Positions 25,512-37,782 of a DNA stretch of 64,000 bases are shown here, in pieces (the first letter of the stretch is position 1; each line of letters opens with the position of its first letter). The notes beneath the pieces are model-generated. The model was not told the origin of the DNA, ran no database searches, and saw only the letters and a program-made list of their open reading frames with translations. Where the stretch lies: NCBI RefSeq assembly GCF_006345805.1, contig NC_042999.1, positions 868,001-932,000 on the forward strand. The letters are read 5' to 3'. A program made the position numbers and the translations under genes. Origin of the DNA: Octopus sinensis (Eukaryota).

Positions 25512-25557
25512 GACACCTGATGAAGGCTGGAGGGTGTATCAGCCGAAATGTTGTATT
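25512..25557 (+). ncRNA. Family E hammerhead, two substitutions
   Basis: GACAC-CUGAUGA-A-GGCUG(gaggguguau)CAGCC-GAAAU-GUU-GUAUU. Confidence 0.65.
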
Positions 25558-25872
25558 AACAACAAAAAAGATGAGGTGAAATATCAGTCAAGTGTAAATA
25601 ATATAAATAATGTTTTCTTCTCTTTCTCACATATATTCTTTTAAAGCCACCAATCCATAACTGATGCAATCTCAGGACAAATACTGCTTTAACTGGTCTG
25701 TCAGTAGTGTGTATATTTTAAGTATGATACATAGATGACTATTCTATTTAGATACTGTCTCAATTGCTTATACATGATTTTTAATCAACCGCGCAGATAT
25801 CAACAATGTCAGTGGATGTTTTATTCAATTTTCCTTATATCATGAACAACAAATTCTCAGCCATTTATTATA

Positions 25873-26513
25873 CAAGGGTTGTACAAAATAATGGAAACAC
25901 CTTAAAATTTCAAACAAATTTATTTTAATATGGAGTAGGACCGCTTTTGGCAGTAATTACAGCTTGAATTCTATGGGGTAAGGACTCATACAAAGTTTGA
26001 ATTGCTTCCAAAGGCCTTTTTCAGCTAAAACAGTCTCCAGTTCTTGTAGTGATGAAGGTGGTGGATATCGACACCTTACGTGTTTTTCTAAAATGCACCA
26101 TGAATGTTCAATAATATTGAGATCTGGGGATTGTGGTGGCCAGATGAGATGTTCAACTTCAATATAATGTGCCCCGTGCCATTCAATAACAACTTTGGTT
26201 GTGTGAATTGGTAAATTATCCTCCTGAAAGATTGCATCTCCCTCCGAAACAATAACTCAACGATAGGATGAATTTGCTCTGATAAAATGGTTAAATAGTT
26301 TTGATTATTACTTCTGCCATGAAGGGAAAACATTGATCCGGCAGATTTCCAAGATATAGTCCCCTCAGATCATTACAGATCCTCCTCAATGTTTATCAGT
26401 TGGAAGAAAGCAGTCTGGTTCAAATTATTCTTTTGGCTGTTTCCACACGTATACTCGGCCGGTGGTCGGAAATAAGGTAAAGGATGTTTCGTCTGAGAAG
26501 ATAACGTTCTTCC
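25873..26513 (-). pseudogene. Tc1-like transposase 3' half with terminal TIR, degenerate
   Basis: Minus strand LIWPPQSPDLNIIEH...LYESLPHRIQAVITAKSGPTPY*. The end reads TA-CAAGGGTTGTACAAAATAATGGAAACACC. Confidence 0.85.
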
Positions 26514-26541
26514 ACACACACCACTCACACACTCACACACA

Positions 26542-26572
<31 letters not shown>

Positions 26573-27006
26573 CACAACACACACACACACATATATATAT
26601 ATATAATAGGGTAAAATCTTTATAAGAATTTATCAAGTAGTTAGCGTGAAAACCTTAGGGAAAATTTATAATTATTCCCTTTAAATATATTTACTTATAT
26701 TAACGGCATTACTATACATAAATGTCTCATGCTACAAGGCTACAAGGGACTCTTAAAGTTAAAACTGCCAAGATAGACACATTGTACCGAACACGAGGGA
26801 ATGCAACATTTGAAGCCAAAAAACAGATTCAGCCGCAAATCATATGATCTCATAGTTAGTGTACATAATCCACTTTCTAATCGTCAGTGCAGGCATAATC
26901 AAGATATAAAAATGAATAAAATCATGTGTGTGCATTTATTATGGTAGTTTTTACTTTAAGAGCCCCTCATAGCGTTAGACGTTTAGGTGTAGTAATGCCC
27001 CTAACG

Positions 27007-27089
<83 letters not shown>

Positions 27090-27366
27090 TTAATAAGGGC
27101 GAGAGAATTAGATACTAATTTAATAGTATATTTATTCAACACCAAGTGGCCTAGTGCTACGAGAAACCTGGATTATTATAATATTTTATAACATATTATA
27201 ATATTTTTACAAAATAAATATAAGAGAGTGGTCAATATATTGCTCACTCTAGCACCAGTTAATCCAAAAGGTTTCAACCACGAAAATACATGTTTCCCAT
27301 GAAAGCCAGTACGACTGTTAGCTCACACGGACAGGGCAAGTAAAAAATAACAAAAATACAGATTAT

Positions 27367-27446
27367 TTTGGGACAATTGTTTCGCTATTAATGAATTAAA
27401 TGTAATATTACTTACAAAAAAATCCATTTGTAGCTCGTCAGCCAAG
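27367..27446 (-). ncRNA. Type I hammerhead ribozyme motif, apparently intact
   Basis: UUGG-CUGACGA-GCUA...UAGC-GAAAC-AAUU-GUC-CCAA: canonical core and GUC triplet, inside a ~510-bp insert between (TA)n arrays (27085-27600). Confidence 0.8.
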
Positions 27447-27597
27447 ACTATCTGGATGAAATCCACTCAATCACACGCCAGATTTTACCATAACGATAAA
27501 TACGCGTGTGGTTCAATTGATTACATCCGACGTTATAATTCAAATGCCCCAACCAACAGCGCGCCAAACTTTCACGGAAAACAAATACAGCATTTAG

Positions 27598-27638
<41 letters not shown>

Positions 27639-27829
27639 TATATATATATATAATATATATATATAATATATATATATATATATGTATGTATGTATAAGTA
27701 TTTAGTTAATAATATTCAATGTGAATATTATATACTGAACCTATATTGAGTGCTCTATTGTATCAGAGCATTAATACTATTAAAGTATTTATATTTAATA
27801 CGAGCGATTATATGTATTTTATGATATAA

Positions 27830-28129
27830 TATTATTAATATCAGGAAATCCATACTAGAAAATTCTTCAGAAAGATACATACGTATGTAAAATAATTGCT
27901 GTATTAGAAATATGTAAATATGTATAAATATATGTTATAAGTATAAATATATAATGTATATGACAGTTTAAATGTTTTGAATTAGGTTTTTAATAGATAT
28001 TATATATTTATACTTATACATATTTACATATATTTATATATATTTATATTTTTAATGCAACAATTATTTTACGCACGTATATATCTTTCTGAAGAAATTT
28101 CTAATATTGATTTCCTGATATTAATAATA
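27830..28129. repeat. AT-rich foldback with ~100-bp imperfect arms
   Basis: TATTATTAATATCAGGAAATCCATACTAGAAAATTCTTCAGAAAGATACATACG pairs with CGTATATATCTTTCTGAAGAAATTTCTAATATTGATTTCCTGATATTAATAATA. Confidence 0.8.
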
Positions 28130-28171
28130 ATATATACATTATATAATATGTATATATATATATAATATGTC

Positions 28172-28600
28172 ATAATATACATCTGGAAGTTCCTGGAAGG
28201 ACTTGTCCCAAACTTTGGCATCGAGAGTCACACAAATGCCAGACCCGGGCGCCACTGCGTGGTGCCAAGGACTCCAATTTGCCATCAAGATGTAGGACAA
28301 GATACTGTGATAACCTGGGCTTCAGAGGCCCACAGCTCTTCAATATCCTCCCGAAGAACCTAAGGGACCTGCATGGTGTAGATGCGGATGTCTTTAAAGT
28401 AGGACTGGATCTCTTCCTGTCAGGTACCCCGGATGAACCAACTTCACGGCAGGAGGTGCAGATGAGGGCAGCTGCATCGAACTCTCTCATGCACCAAATG
28501 GCAGTTGCTAAAAAGCATTCGTGAGGTAAAATCATGTAGCAAACCAAATGGCGGTGCCCCAGCATGGCCACAGCTCATGAGCTGAAACTGGAAAAAAAAA
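28172..28600 (+). pseudogene. CR1-clade LINE 3' end (ORF2 C-terminus + 3'UTR)
   Basis: IIYIWKFLEGLVPNFG...LGFRGPQLFNILPKNLRDLHGVDADVFKVGLDLFLSGTPDEP...AAASNSL; 3'UTR GGCGGTGCCCCAGCATGGCCACAGCTCATGAGCTGAAACTGG + A tract. Confidence 0.85.
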
Positions 28601-28659
28601 TCAATCATCATATATATGTGTGTGTGCGTGTGTGTGTGTGTGTGTGTACATAACATACA

Positions 28660-28694
<35 letters not shown>

Positions 28695-28695
<1 letters not shown>

Positions 28696-29010
28696 CGACG
28701 GGCTTCTTTCATTTTCCATCTATCATTCCACTCACAAGGGTTTGGTCGGCCCTAGACCATAGCAGAAGACACTTACTCAAGTTGCTGCATGATGTGACTG
28801 AACCTAAAACCATGCAGTTGTGAAGCAAGCTTCTGATTACATAACCGCGCCTATGATGCGATTCTTTGACTGGTCTTGTACCTAATCTACTCACAAATCG
28901 TTGGTCGAACCAAGGCTATAGGGGAGAATACTTACCCACGATGACACACAGTGGTACTGAATCCCGAAATATATGGTTGAAAAGCAAAGTTTTTACCAAG
29001 CAGCTACGCC
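28695..29010 (-). mobile_element. Two degenerate 5' halves of SINE family A
   Basis: Diverged similarity to the family A head and body. Confidence 0.6.
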
Positions 29011-29423
29011 ATATGTGTAATGTCCAAAGCTAGTTTGACCAAGTATGCAACGATGAAATTGTCGACATAATTCATTTTAGAGTGTTTTATTGAAAGACAA
29101 ATTTGATAAACAGACGAAGCAATGGGTTATGTTCGAAAGAAATTTACATTTTATTAATCCCAGCTTGAACTAAATTGCTGGTAATTTTTTTATTTGTTAC
29201 CATTGCTTTCTTGTCTCAAAGCTTTCCTGCGTGTGTCTATCTTTCTTTTTTTTTGTATCTCTATCACTCACACAAGCGCCACACATTTTTCTCTAACTAC
29301 TAATATGTTTACCAATTTGCGTATATCAGCATATATGTGTGTTTGTATTTATGTGTGAGTATGCATATATATATATGTGGGTGTGTGTGTGTGCGTGTGT
29401 ACGTATATATATATGTATATGTG

Positions 29424-29741
29424 AGGGCGCGTGGCTTAGTGGTTAGGGCATTCGGCTCATGATCGTAAGGTTGTGAGTTCGATTCCCGGCGACGCGTTGT
29501 GTCCTTGAGCAAGACACCTTATTTCACGTTGCTCCAGTCCACTCAGCTGGCAAAAATGAGTTGTACTTGTACTTCAAAGGGTCAGCCTTGTCACTCTCTG
29601 TGTCACGCTGATTATCCCCGAGAACTACGTTAAGGGTACACGTGTCTGTGGAATGCTCAGCCATTTGCACGTTAATTTCACGAGCAAGCTGTTCCGTTGA
29701 TCGTATCAGCTGGGACCCTCGTCGTCGTAACCGGCGGAGTC
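29424..29741 (+). mobile_element. SINE family B variant (middle M2 + tail T1)
   Basis: tRNA-like head with GAGTTCGATTCCC, then GTTGTGTCCTTGAGCAAGAC..CACGTTGCTCCAGTCCACTCAGCTGG, then the same tail as 13104-13490. Confidence 0.88.
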
Positions 29742-29759
29742 TTTCTTTCAAGATATATG

Positions 29760-29807
<48 letters not shown>

Positions 29808-29922
29808 TGTATATATACATATATGTATGTAGGTATATATGCATGTACGAATGTACTCACACACATTGACAGGAAACACAAAAAGACACACATACACCTA
29901 TGCATATAAGTATGACTATACA

Positions 29923-29964
<42 letters not shown>

Positions 29965-30269
29965 TTAATTATATACATATATATATATATACATATATAT
30001 ATTATACATATATATATATGTATATATACATATATTCATATGTTTATACGCACAGGCATATATATATCCACACATACCTGCATAGGTATGCAAATATAGA
30101 AGTATGCGTGAGGGGGCAGAAGTATGTTTATAAGTATGTATTTATATATATATATATATATATATATCCGTATGCTTTTACGAATACATGTATCATACGC
30201 AGCTATATTTTTGTCTTTCATTGTAATTGCCTGTATCGCTGTAGTACTGAAACGGTGTGCAACCTTTAA

Positions 30270-30455
30270 GCCAAACAGATTCTTTTTCTTTCCGTTTTTA
30301 TCCCCTGTCTATCCGTTCCCTCTTTCTGTAGAAGAGTGTAGATCGAAACGACAAAGACTCTTCCATTTTGCATTAGAGCCAAACTATACACACCTTGCTT
30401 GTGTGTCTTCACCTTTCTATCTTTTGTACTTTCACATTTTCTTCAATTTGGGACC
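30270..30455 (+). mobile_element. Diverged copy of the PLE terminal repeat of 21200-21420, with eroded hammerhead (30321-30357)
   Basis: UCUUU-CUGUAGA-A-GAGU guag AUC-GAAAC-GAC-AAAGA. Confidence 0.5.
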
Positions 30456-30523
30456 ACATACGCACACAAACACACACATACACAACACACGCACACACAC
30501 ACACACACTCACACACAAACACA

Positions 30524-30564
<41 letters not shown>

Positions 30565-30699
30565 TATATATATATATATAGTAGAATTGTTTTGAAAAAA
30601 AAATACACGTGGAAATGTAAGGGGAAAATATAAAAAATCAACGAAAATGCATATTGCAGGTATAAAAAGACTATTTATGATAGGTAGTGACAAAAATAT

Positions 30700-31860
30700 A
30701 CATTTAGAGTATTACTAGTCAAAAAGGTCATTATTATTGATGATTATAAAAGTTTAATAATAATAATAAGTTAAGAGACTGAAACGAACCAATTGGTTTT
30801 CGCATTAGCTATTCATCGTTTGAATAACACCGGTTAGTAAACGGTGTCAGGTCTAATAGTTCCTGAGAGAAGAGATAATTTGTAAGGGAGGTAAGTAGTT
30901 TTGGATTATATGTATAAGGGAGGTAAGTTAGTTCAGGAATTAGAAATGTGAGTGATGTAGAAAGTGTATAGGGTTTAGTGGTTTAAATTGAAGAGTTAGT
31001 GGTGTTCTGTATTGAGTTGTGTGTTCACGTAATCTGCACCATAGTTTCCGATACAGACACTCGTGAACATAGACTCCTTGACTTAGATCTACACTAACTA
31101 AAAGACACTACCCAATCTCATTAGTAAATGAAGGCATCAAAAGAGCTAAGGGAATAGATATACAAAGATTAAGGAAAACTAGCCGTAATACTAAACGAGA
31201 CTTAAAAATACTCACGTACATCTCCACACATAACCCCAGAAATAACGAAGCCTTCAACATCATCACCCAAAACCTCCCCATCCTCACAGCAGACAAAACG
31301 ATGAACGAAACTTTAAGCTCATATAAAATTATAAAAAGCAAAAAAGCAACCGAAGTCACTGAAAAGAATACTAACCAGCGCTAGACTTTACCCACTAACT
31401 GCTGAGCCAAAGTGACAAAATGTGGACGTTCCAACTGTGGAACATGCCCCCACCTTCGGGAGGGTTCAGAATTCCAATTCAAACAAGGAGAAATATTTAA
31501 GATCAAATCAAATTTCACCTGTGCGTCGACAAATATAATCTATGTCATGATATGCATAGGATGCGGTAAACTCTATATTGGACAAACAGGAATTTCGCTC
31601 CGTCAAAGATTCACCATTCACAAAGAGCAAATCCGCCACCCACAATACAGACAGTTAAAGGTGAGTGAACAAATAGAAAGATGTGCCAGAATCTTAATCC
31701 CAATTTCCAAATATTTCCCTTTTACCAATGCTCACAGAACACCACAATGCAACAAAGGTTGAATAAAGAGTCATTTTTCATCAACAAATTTCTCCCTCAA
31801 CTAAATGTGAACACACAACGCAAACAGAACACCACTAACTCTTCAATTTAAACCACGTAA
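30700..31860 (+). mobile_element. Penelope-like element: 5'-truncated ORF (RT tail + GIY-YIG endonuclease, 31040-31810) preceded by an inverted copy of its own 3' end
   Basis: KCGRSNCGTCPH...FTCASTNIIYVMICIGCGKLYIGQTGISLRQRFTIHKEQI (GIY-YIG). 30977-31027 is the reverse complement of ~31807-31856. An eroded hammerhead lies at 30782-30821 (-). Confidence 0.88.
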
Positions 31861-31961
31861 TACTCTATTTAAACCACGTAATGTATATTTATGTCACTAC
31901 CTGTCATAAGTAGCCTTTTTATATCTACAATATGCATTTTCGTTGATTTTTTATATTTTAC

Positions 31962-32049
<88 letters not shown>

Positions 32050-32449
32050 TTTTATATATATATATAGATGTATAAACATATATATTATATATATATGTGT
32101 GTGTGTGTATATAAAATTACATAAACAAACGGCAAAACGTATACTGATTGTAAAAATAATTGTAAAACAATCTGAAAGTCCATAATTTTTCATCAGTTAT
32201 CGACCAATTGTACTGTTTCAGTTTTGCATCTTTAACGATAAGACTAAATGCTTCGCAATTGGCGGTACCAGGAAGAAAAAGTTACATATGTATTATAGTT
32301 GATAGATGAGTTTCAGGTTTTCTCCATATAGAATACTCCTAGTAGTACTCAAACTATTCAAACTTGACCTGGTAGAGGAGAAAAATGGGGATAAACAAGT
32401 TAGACAAATCAATTATAAAATATATTAAATACATGAAATGCAAAAATAT

Positions 32450-32840
32450 GTTACAAAGAGACAAAGAAACTATGTTGACCCTATGGAGAACCTTTGTTCT
32501 CAGTCGCCTGGACTACTGCACCACATAGTGCCAAACTAAGAGCGGAGCTTGAAGCAGTTCAACGCCACTACACTAAAAAGATTGGAACAGTGCAGCGGAT
32601 GAGCTACAGGGATAGAATGAGAAAACTACAGCTTTACTCTCTGTACCAAAGGCATGAGAGATATGCGATAATATACATATGGAAGATCCTAGAAGGGCTA
32701 GTACCTAACTTTGGCCTTCAGAGATATACAAATGCCAGAACTGGCCGCCATTGAATTGTACGAAAGATGCCATCCACTCCATCTAAATTCAGGACCAGGT
32801 ACTGCAATAGTCTAGGCATCAGAAGCCCGCAGCTCTTCAA
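32450..32840 (+). pseudogene. CR1-clade LINE ORF2 fragment
   Basis: KETMLTLWRTFVLSRLDYC..ELEAVQRHYTKKI..LQLYSLYQRHERYAIIYIWKILEGLVPNFG..SLGIRSPQLFN; related to 28172-28600. Confidence 0.85.
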
Positions 32841-32930
32841 TGCATATATACATGTATGCATGTATATATGTAACCGTGTATGTGTGTATGTAAGTATGTG
32901 TGTATGCATGTGTGTGTGTGTGCGCGTGTA

Positions 32931-32961
<31 letters not shown>

Positions 32962-33334
32962 TGTGTAAACAAATCTGTGGTGTAAACGCTTTTCACAATA
33001 GTGAAAAGCGATTATAATACCACTATGCTTGTTTCATTAATTGACATATAAAAATATACATTGTATCTTTCTATGTAAGCATAACTACTTATCTCACTTT
33101 CTTTCGCTCGCTACACACACAAAAACACACACACACACACACACACACACCACACACAAAACACACACACACACATCCACACACACAGACACACACACAT
33201 ATATATATATATATAGATATATATACACACATACATACATACATATATATAGATAGATATAGATAGATTAATATATATGTATATATATATTTATATAGAT
33301 ATATATATATGTATGTATATATATATATGTATGT

Positions 33335-33379
<45 letters not shown>

Positions 33380-33425
33380 GTATGTGCGTTTGTAAGAATT
33401 TGTGTATGTGTGTATGCATATATGA

Positions 33426-33464
<39 letters not shown>

Positions 33465-33903
33465 GAAAATTTTATGTGTTCTTATAAGTGAGTGTGTATA
33501 GGGAGATTGATATAAATCATATATATTCACAAGATGCAAATCAAAATACACCTCACTGTACATAGCACTTTATATAGTGAACAAAAACCCGACATGAAAT
33601 AGTTTTATTACGTGTTATTGACATATAACAAAATTAAACTTAGGAAAAAAAACTTGAACTTAATTATAAGTATATTTCTTCTCTAATCTCAATTCTTTGA
33701 GTTTTTTCACACGAATGATATCGAATACCGTTTTGGTTTTCTTTTGAAGCACCAGGTAAATCGGGAATACTTGTGTACCTTCACCAGCAAGGAATATAAA
33801 CTGTATGGTTTTTGTTTTATTCTCCTTAGTACGAGGCTCTTAAATTGCCACATATTCAAAAGTAGATATTAAGCAAGTATCGATTTACGTAGGCTTTATG
33901 GGG

Positions 33904-34609
33904 GCTAACGCAGTTTCGTACCTCTCCTTAAAATTTTTCGGATTCCTACGTTGTAGATATCGGAGTTTACAAATATGCGAAAAAATGATTTTTTAACCCC
34001 ACCCCACTTAAAATTTTGAAGTTTTTAGAAATTTGTTTTACCTCTGACGGAGATTCCGAATATGCTAAAAACCACGTTTTCAACATTTTAAATTCAATAA
34101 ACATATAGATATGTGTATAAGAGATAAATAGATATGACTGTCTTCCTGGGGCTAAAAACAACAGTAACACCGTCTTCTATAGAACCACCACATTTAATTG
34201 GGAAATATTTTATGAATAACGGATAGGGATAAATAGACAGATAGATAAATAAATAAATGGATGAAAAATTTCAAAATTTAAAATTGGACGAGATAGTGTA
34301 ATTTTAGCCCCTTATTAAACATTAATGTTTGTTCTAATAAAACGGTCTATTACATTGAATTCTTATTTACACAAGTAAAACGCAAATTCTTTTCACTATA
34401 ACGTTTTTGTCTGTATTTAATTTCATTTGTATATGTTCGTTAATTCGCTACGATCTCTTTCAAGTAACCAAAATCAAGCATTTAAAAGGGATGAGGTGAA
34501 ATTTTAAAAATTTGTTTTGCCAGTCGTAATCTCCGACATCAAACTGTAGAATCCGAAATGTTTTTCAAAGAAATGCATTTTTCAAGGAGAGGTGCGAAAC
34601 TGCATTAGC
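33904..34609. mobile_element. MITE/non-autonomous DNA transposon with long imperfect TIRs
   Basis: GCTAACGCAGTTTCGTACCTCTCCTT (33904-33929) vs AAGGAGAGGTGCGAAACTGCATTAGC (34584-34609). Subterminal inverted similarity continues for ~60 bp. Confidence 0.75.
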
Positions 34610-35263
34610 AATAACAACTTTATGAATATAAATTGTAAACACCGAATCAACTGTAAAATGTTGCTAACTACTCAAACATTAAGAATATCACTCGATATAT
34701 ATATAACAAGCCGTGGAAAATAATTTGCAAGTTATATCTAAACCATAGTTAAAATCATATACGATGTACGGTATGGATGGGTGTGGCTAAATCATTTAGG
34801 GTGGGGAGCAATTACAAACTTTATATACATAATTAAAACAAATTCATCTTAAAAGAAGAAAGCGGTGTAGTACATAATTACCAATATTGCTTTGCTGTAC
34901 ATGAAAGAGTTGATTGCTATAACGTTTCGGATATATTCCTTTCTCGGATAAGTCGAATGAGAGAATAAATGACAAGAAACTAGAAAAATATTGGAACAAA
35001 TAAAATTAGAAAGACATTTCACTGCAGGAAGTCTCGTGATGGTGTATAAATATGTATGTATGTTTGTATGTATGATCTATATACATGTATGCTTGTATGA
35101 TTTATATATATATATATATATACACATAGAGGAGAGAGATACACATGCAATATAAGTATAAATATATGCATATATATAATATATATATATATACATATAC
35201 ATATATATATATACATATAATATATACATATATATATATTATATATATATATACATATATATA

Positions 35264-35295
<32 letters not shown>

Positions 35296-35502
35296 ACTAT
35301 ATATATATATATATATGTATGTATAATATATTTATATGCATACGCACAAGCATATACATACGTGCACCCACGCACAGACAAACACACATATATATATACA
35401 TATATACATATGCATATATATATATGTATGGTATATACTTAAATTTATATGATATATATCCATATAGATGTACGCAACTATCTATCTCTCTCTCTCTCTC
35501 TG

Positions 35503-35548
<46 letters not shown>

Positions 35549-36004
35549 ATCATAAGAGATATATATATATGTATGTATGTATATATATATATATATTCAA
35601 CGTGTAACACACACCTGCACGCATGATCACTTTTTTTGTTACTACTTCATAACACTACTCTCCTGTGTTCGTTACATCTGGAGGATTAACGACTTGTCAG
35701 AAGATATAAATCACCTGATATTGTCAAGACATAGTTCAATATCGTAGGTTTGTCAGTACATATCGCATCATACTCGGTAGATTCATTTTAAATTGTTTTT
35801 ATTTCATTGACTGATTTATTCATCTATCTACTTCAGTTTCTGCTCTCTTTTTTATCTCTCGTGTATATGTGTGTGTATGTATATCTGTATGTTTGTGTGA
35901 GTGTGTGATTCTTTAGTGTATTTGTTCGTTATAATGACAATTTGGCTTCATTAGATAAATATGTGTTTGGTAGTTGTTAAAAAAAACAAGACACTCGATA
36001 GACA

Positions 36005-36045
<41 letters not shown>

Positions 36046-36445
36046 CTCTGTATGTCATATATTTTGTCATATTTTCTGTTCTCGAAACAAATAACATAAT
36101 TCTCAAAGGAAATCATATTAACAAACCTACAATTTCTTATATTATTTTTGCTTATTTTAGTTTTTAAATTCAATGAAAATTTCTTTCATCGTTGCTTTTT
36201 TATTTTTTTCAAGTATTAGTTTTTCACTGTGGTAGCCATATTTTGTTATAATTTGCCAAAACATAATTTTATGCTTTCGTATCAGATACAAAGATTTTAA
36301 CGCACGACAGAATTAAATTGATCAAGTTATGAATATATTGCTTATTGTTTTGGCTGTTCATGAAGTTATGGCTCTATTTAGCCCTTTCACACCTCACGAA
36401 TAATTGAGGTCTTGCGACCATAAAATTTGTTATTATCATTATTAT

Positions 36446-37129
36446 TGAGTGAGAGTGTAGTGCATGCCATCAAAGTGACACTGGGGTAAAATATACAAAG
36501 CCCCGTATATCCATCATGACTACCCGTCTGATAAGGGTACTCCAGGCACATGCATTACTATCATCATCATTATTATTATTATTATTATTATTATCATTAT
36601 TATTATTATTATCATTATTGAGTGAGAGTGCAGTGCATGCCATCAAAATGACACTGGGGTAAAATATACAAAGCCCAGTATACCCATCATGACTACCGGT
36701 CGGATAAGGGTACACTAGGCGCATGCAACACAACCATATGTACGCGACATGGTGATCTCATATCAAGATAAACAGCACATGACCTTGCAGGTGGGGCCCA
36801 GTTAGAATTTTCTTCTGGTTGAGTAACCCATCCCGCTCAAAATGTCCCTGAATAAGGGTTGTTTAAAGATGTTGAACGAAACACCCATGTTTCCAGAGGT
36901 CAATTATTCAAACCCCAAAGAGTCCCTCTCAGAACATGGCTATGATGCTCCCCACTACTTCTGCTTGTGATCAGAGATGCAGATATCAGCCACTAGGGGA
37001 AATGCTCAACTCGTTAAGGTAAAAAAACTGACAAGCAAACCTCTGGTATTGAGCAGAATATTTGCTGTAGCTCATCTTTTATACCAAGACAAAACAACGT
37101 ACATGATAAAACTTCCAAGCAGTTAAGAT
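36446..37129 (-). mobile_element. Family D: partial 3' copy (36446-36552) and near-full copy (36617-37129), both in ATT arrays
   Basis: Near identity to 8403-8953. Confidence 0.88.
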
Positions 37130-37225
37130 TATTATTATTATTATTATTATTATTTTATTATTATTATTATTATGATCATGATCATCATCATGATCATCAT
37201 GATCATCATCATTATTATTACGACG

Positions 37226-37560
37226 AAGGCGGTGAAATGGCTCAATCGATAACACACCAGGTAAAATGTTTGGCAGTATTTCGTCCGTCTTTATGTTCAG
37301 GGCTCGAATTCCGTAGAGGTTGACTTTACCTATCATCCTTTCTAGGTCGGTAAATTAAGTACCAGTTAAGTACTAGGGTCGATATGAGAAATAGGTATTC
37401 CGTCTGCCGTTACTTTCTGAGTTCAAATTCCGCTAAGGTCACTCAGCCTTTGAAGCTCGATAAAATAAATTACCTGTTATATACTGGAGTTGATGTAATC
37501 GACTTCTTTTTCCTCCTTCGCTCAAAATTGCTGGCCTTTTCCCAAAACTAGAAGTGGTTA
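37226..37560 (+). mobile_element. SINE family C, diverged, with tandem body
   Basis: Similarity to 50469-50700. Confidence 0.7.
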
Positions 37561-37782
37561 TCCTTCGCTGATTCCGTTTTATATCTTGTAATGCCATGTC
37601 AAAACTTTGGGCCTGAAGCGCTGCAGTAGTTATCGCCTGATTGACACTCCTCTCCATTATAGGTGTCTAGTTCGGTCTAGTGCGATCCTACTGAATAATA
37701 GCAACTGTTGTTGTTATTGCTCGGTATTCAACAACAACAACACTAAAAGCTCTGGTGCCGTATCAGCGGTGGTTCTTATTGC

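Larger units (their letters stand above)
25100..25612. mobile_element. Family E PLE-derived inverted terminal-repeat insertion with 12-bp TSD-like duplication
   Basis: Minus-strand repeat 25100-25330, then plus-strand tRNA-like head 25334-25400, TAA/TGA tract and repeat to 25612. TTTTCTTCTCTT occurs at 25087-25098 and 25613-25624. Confidence 0.78.
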
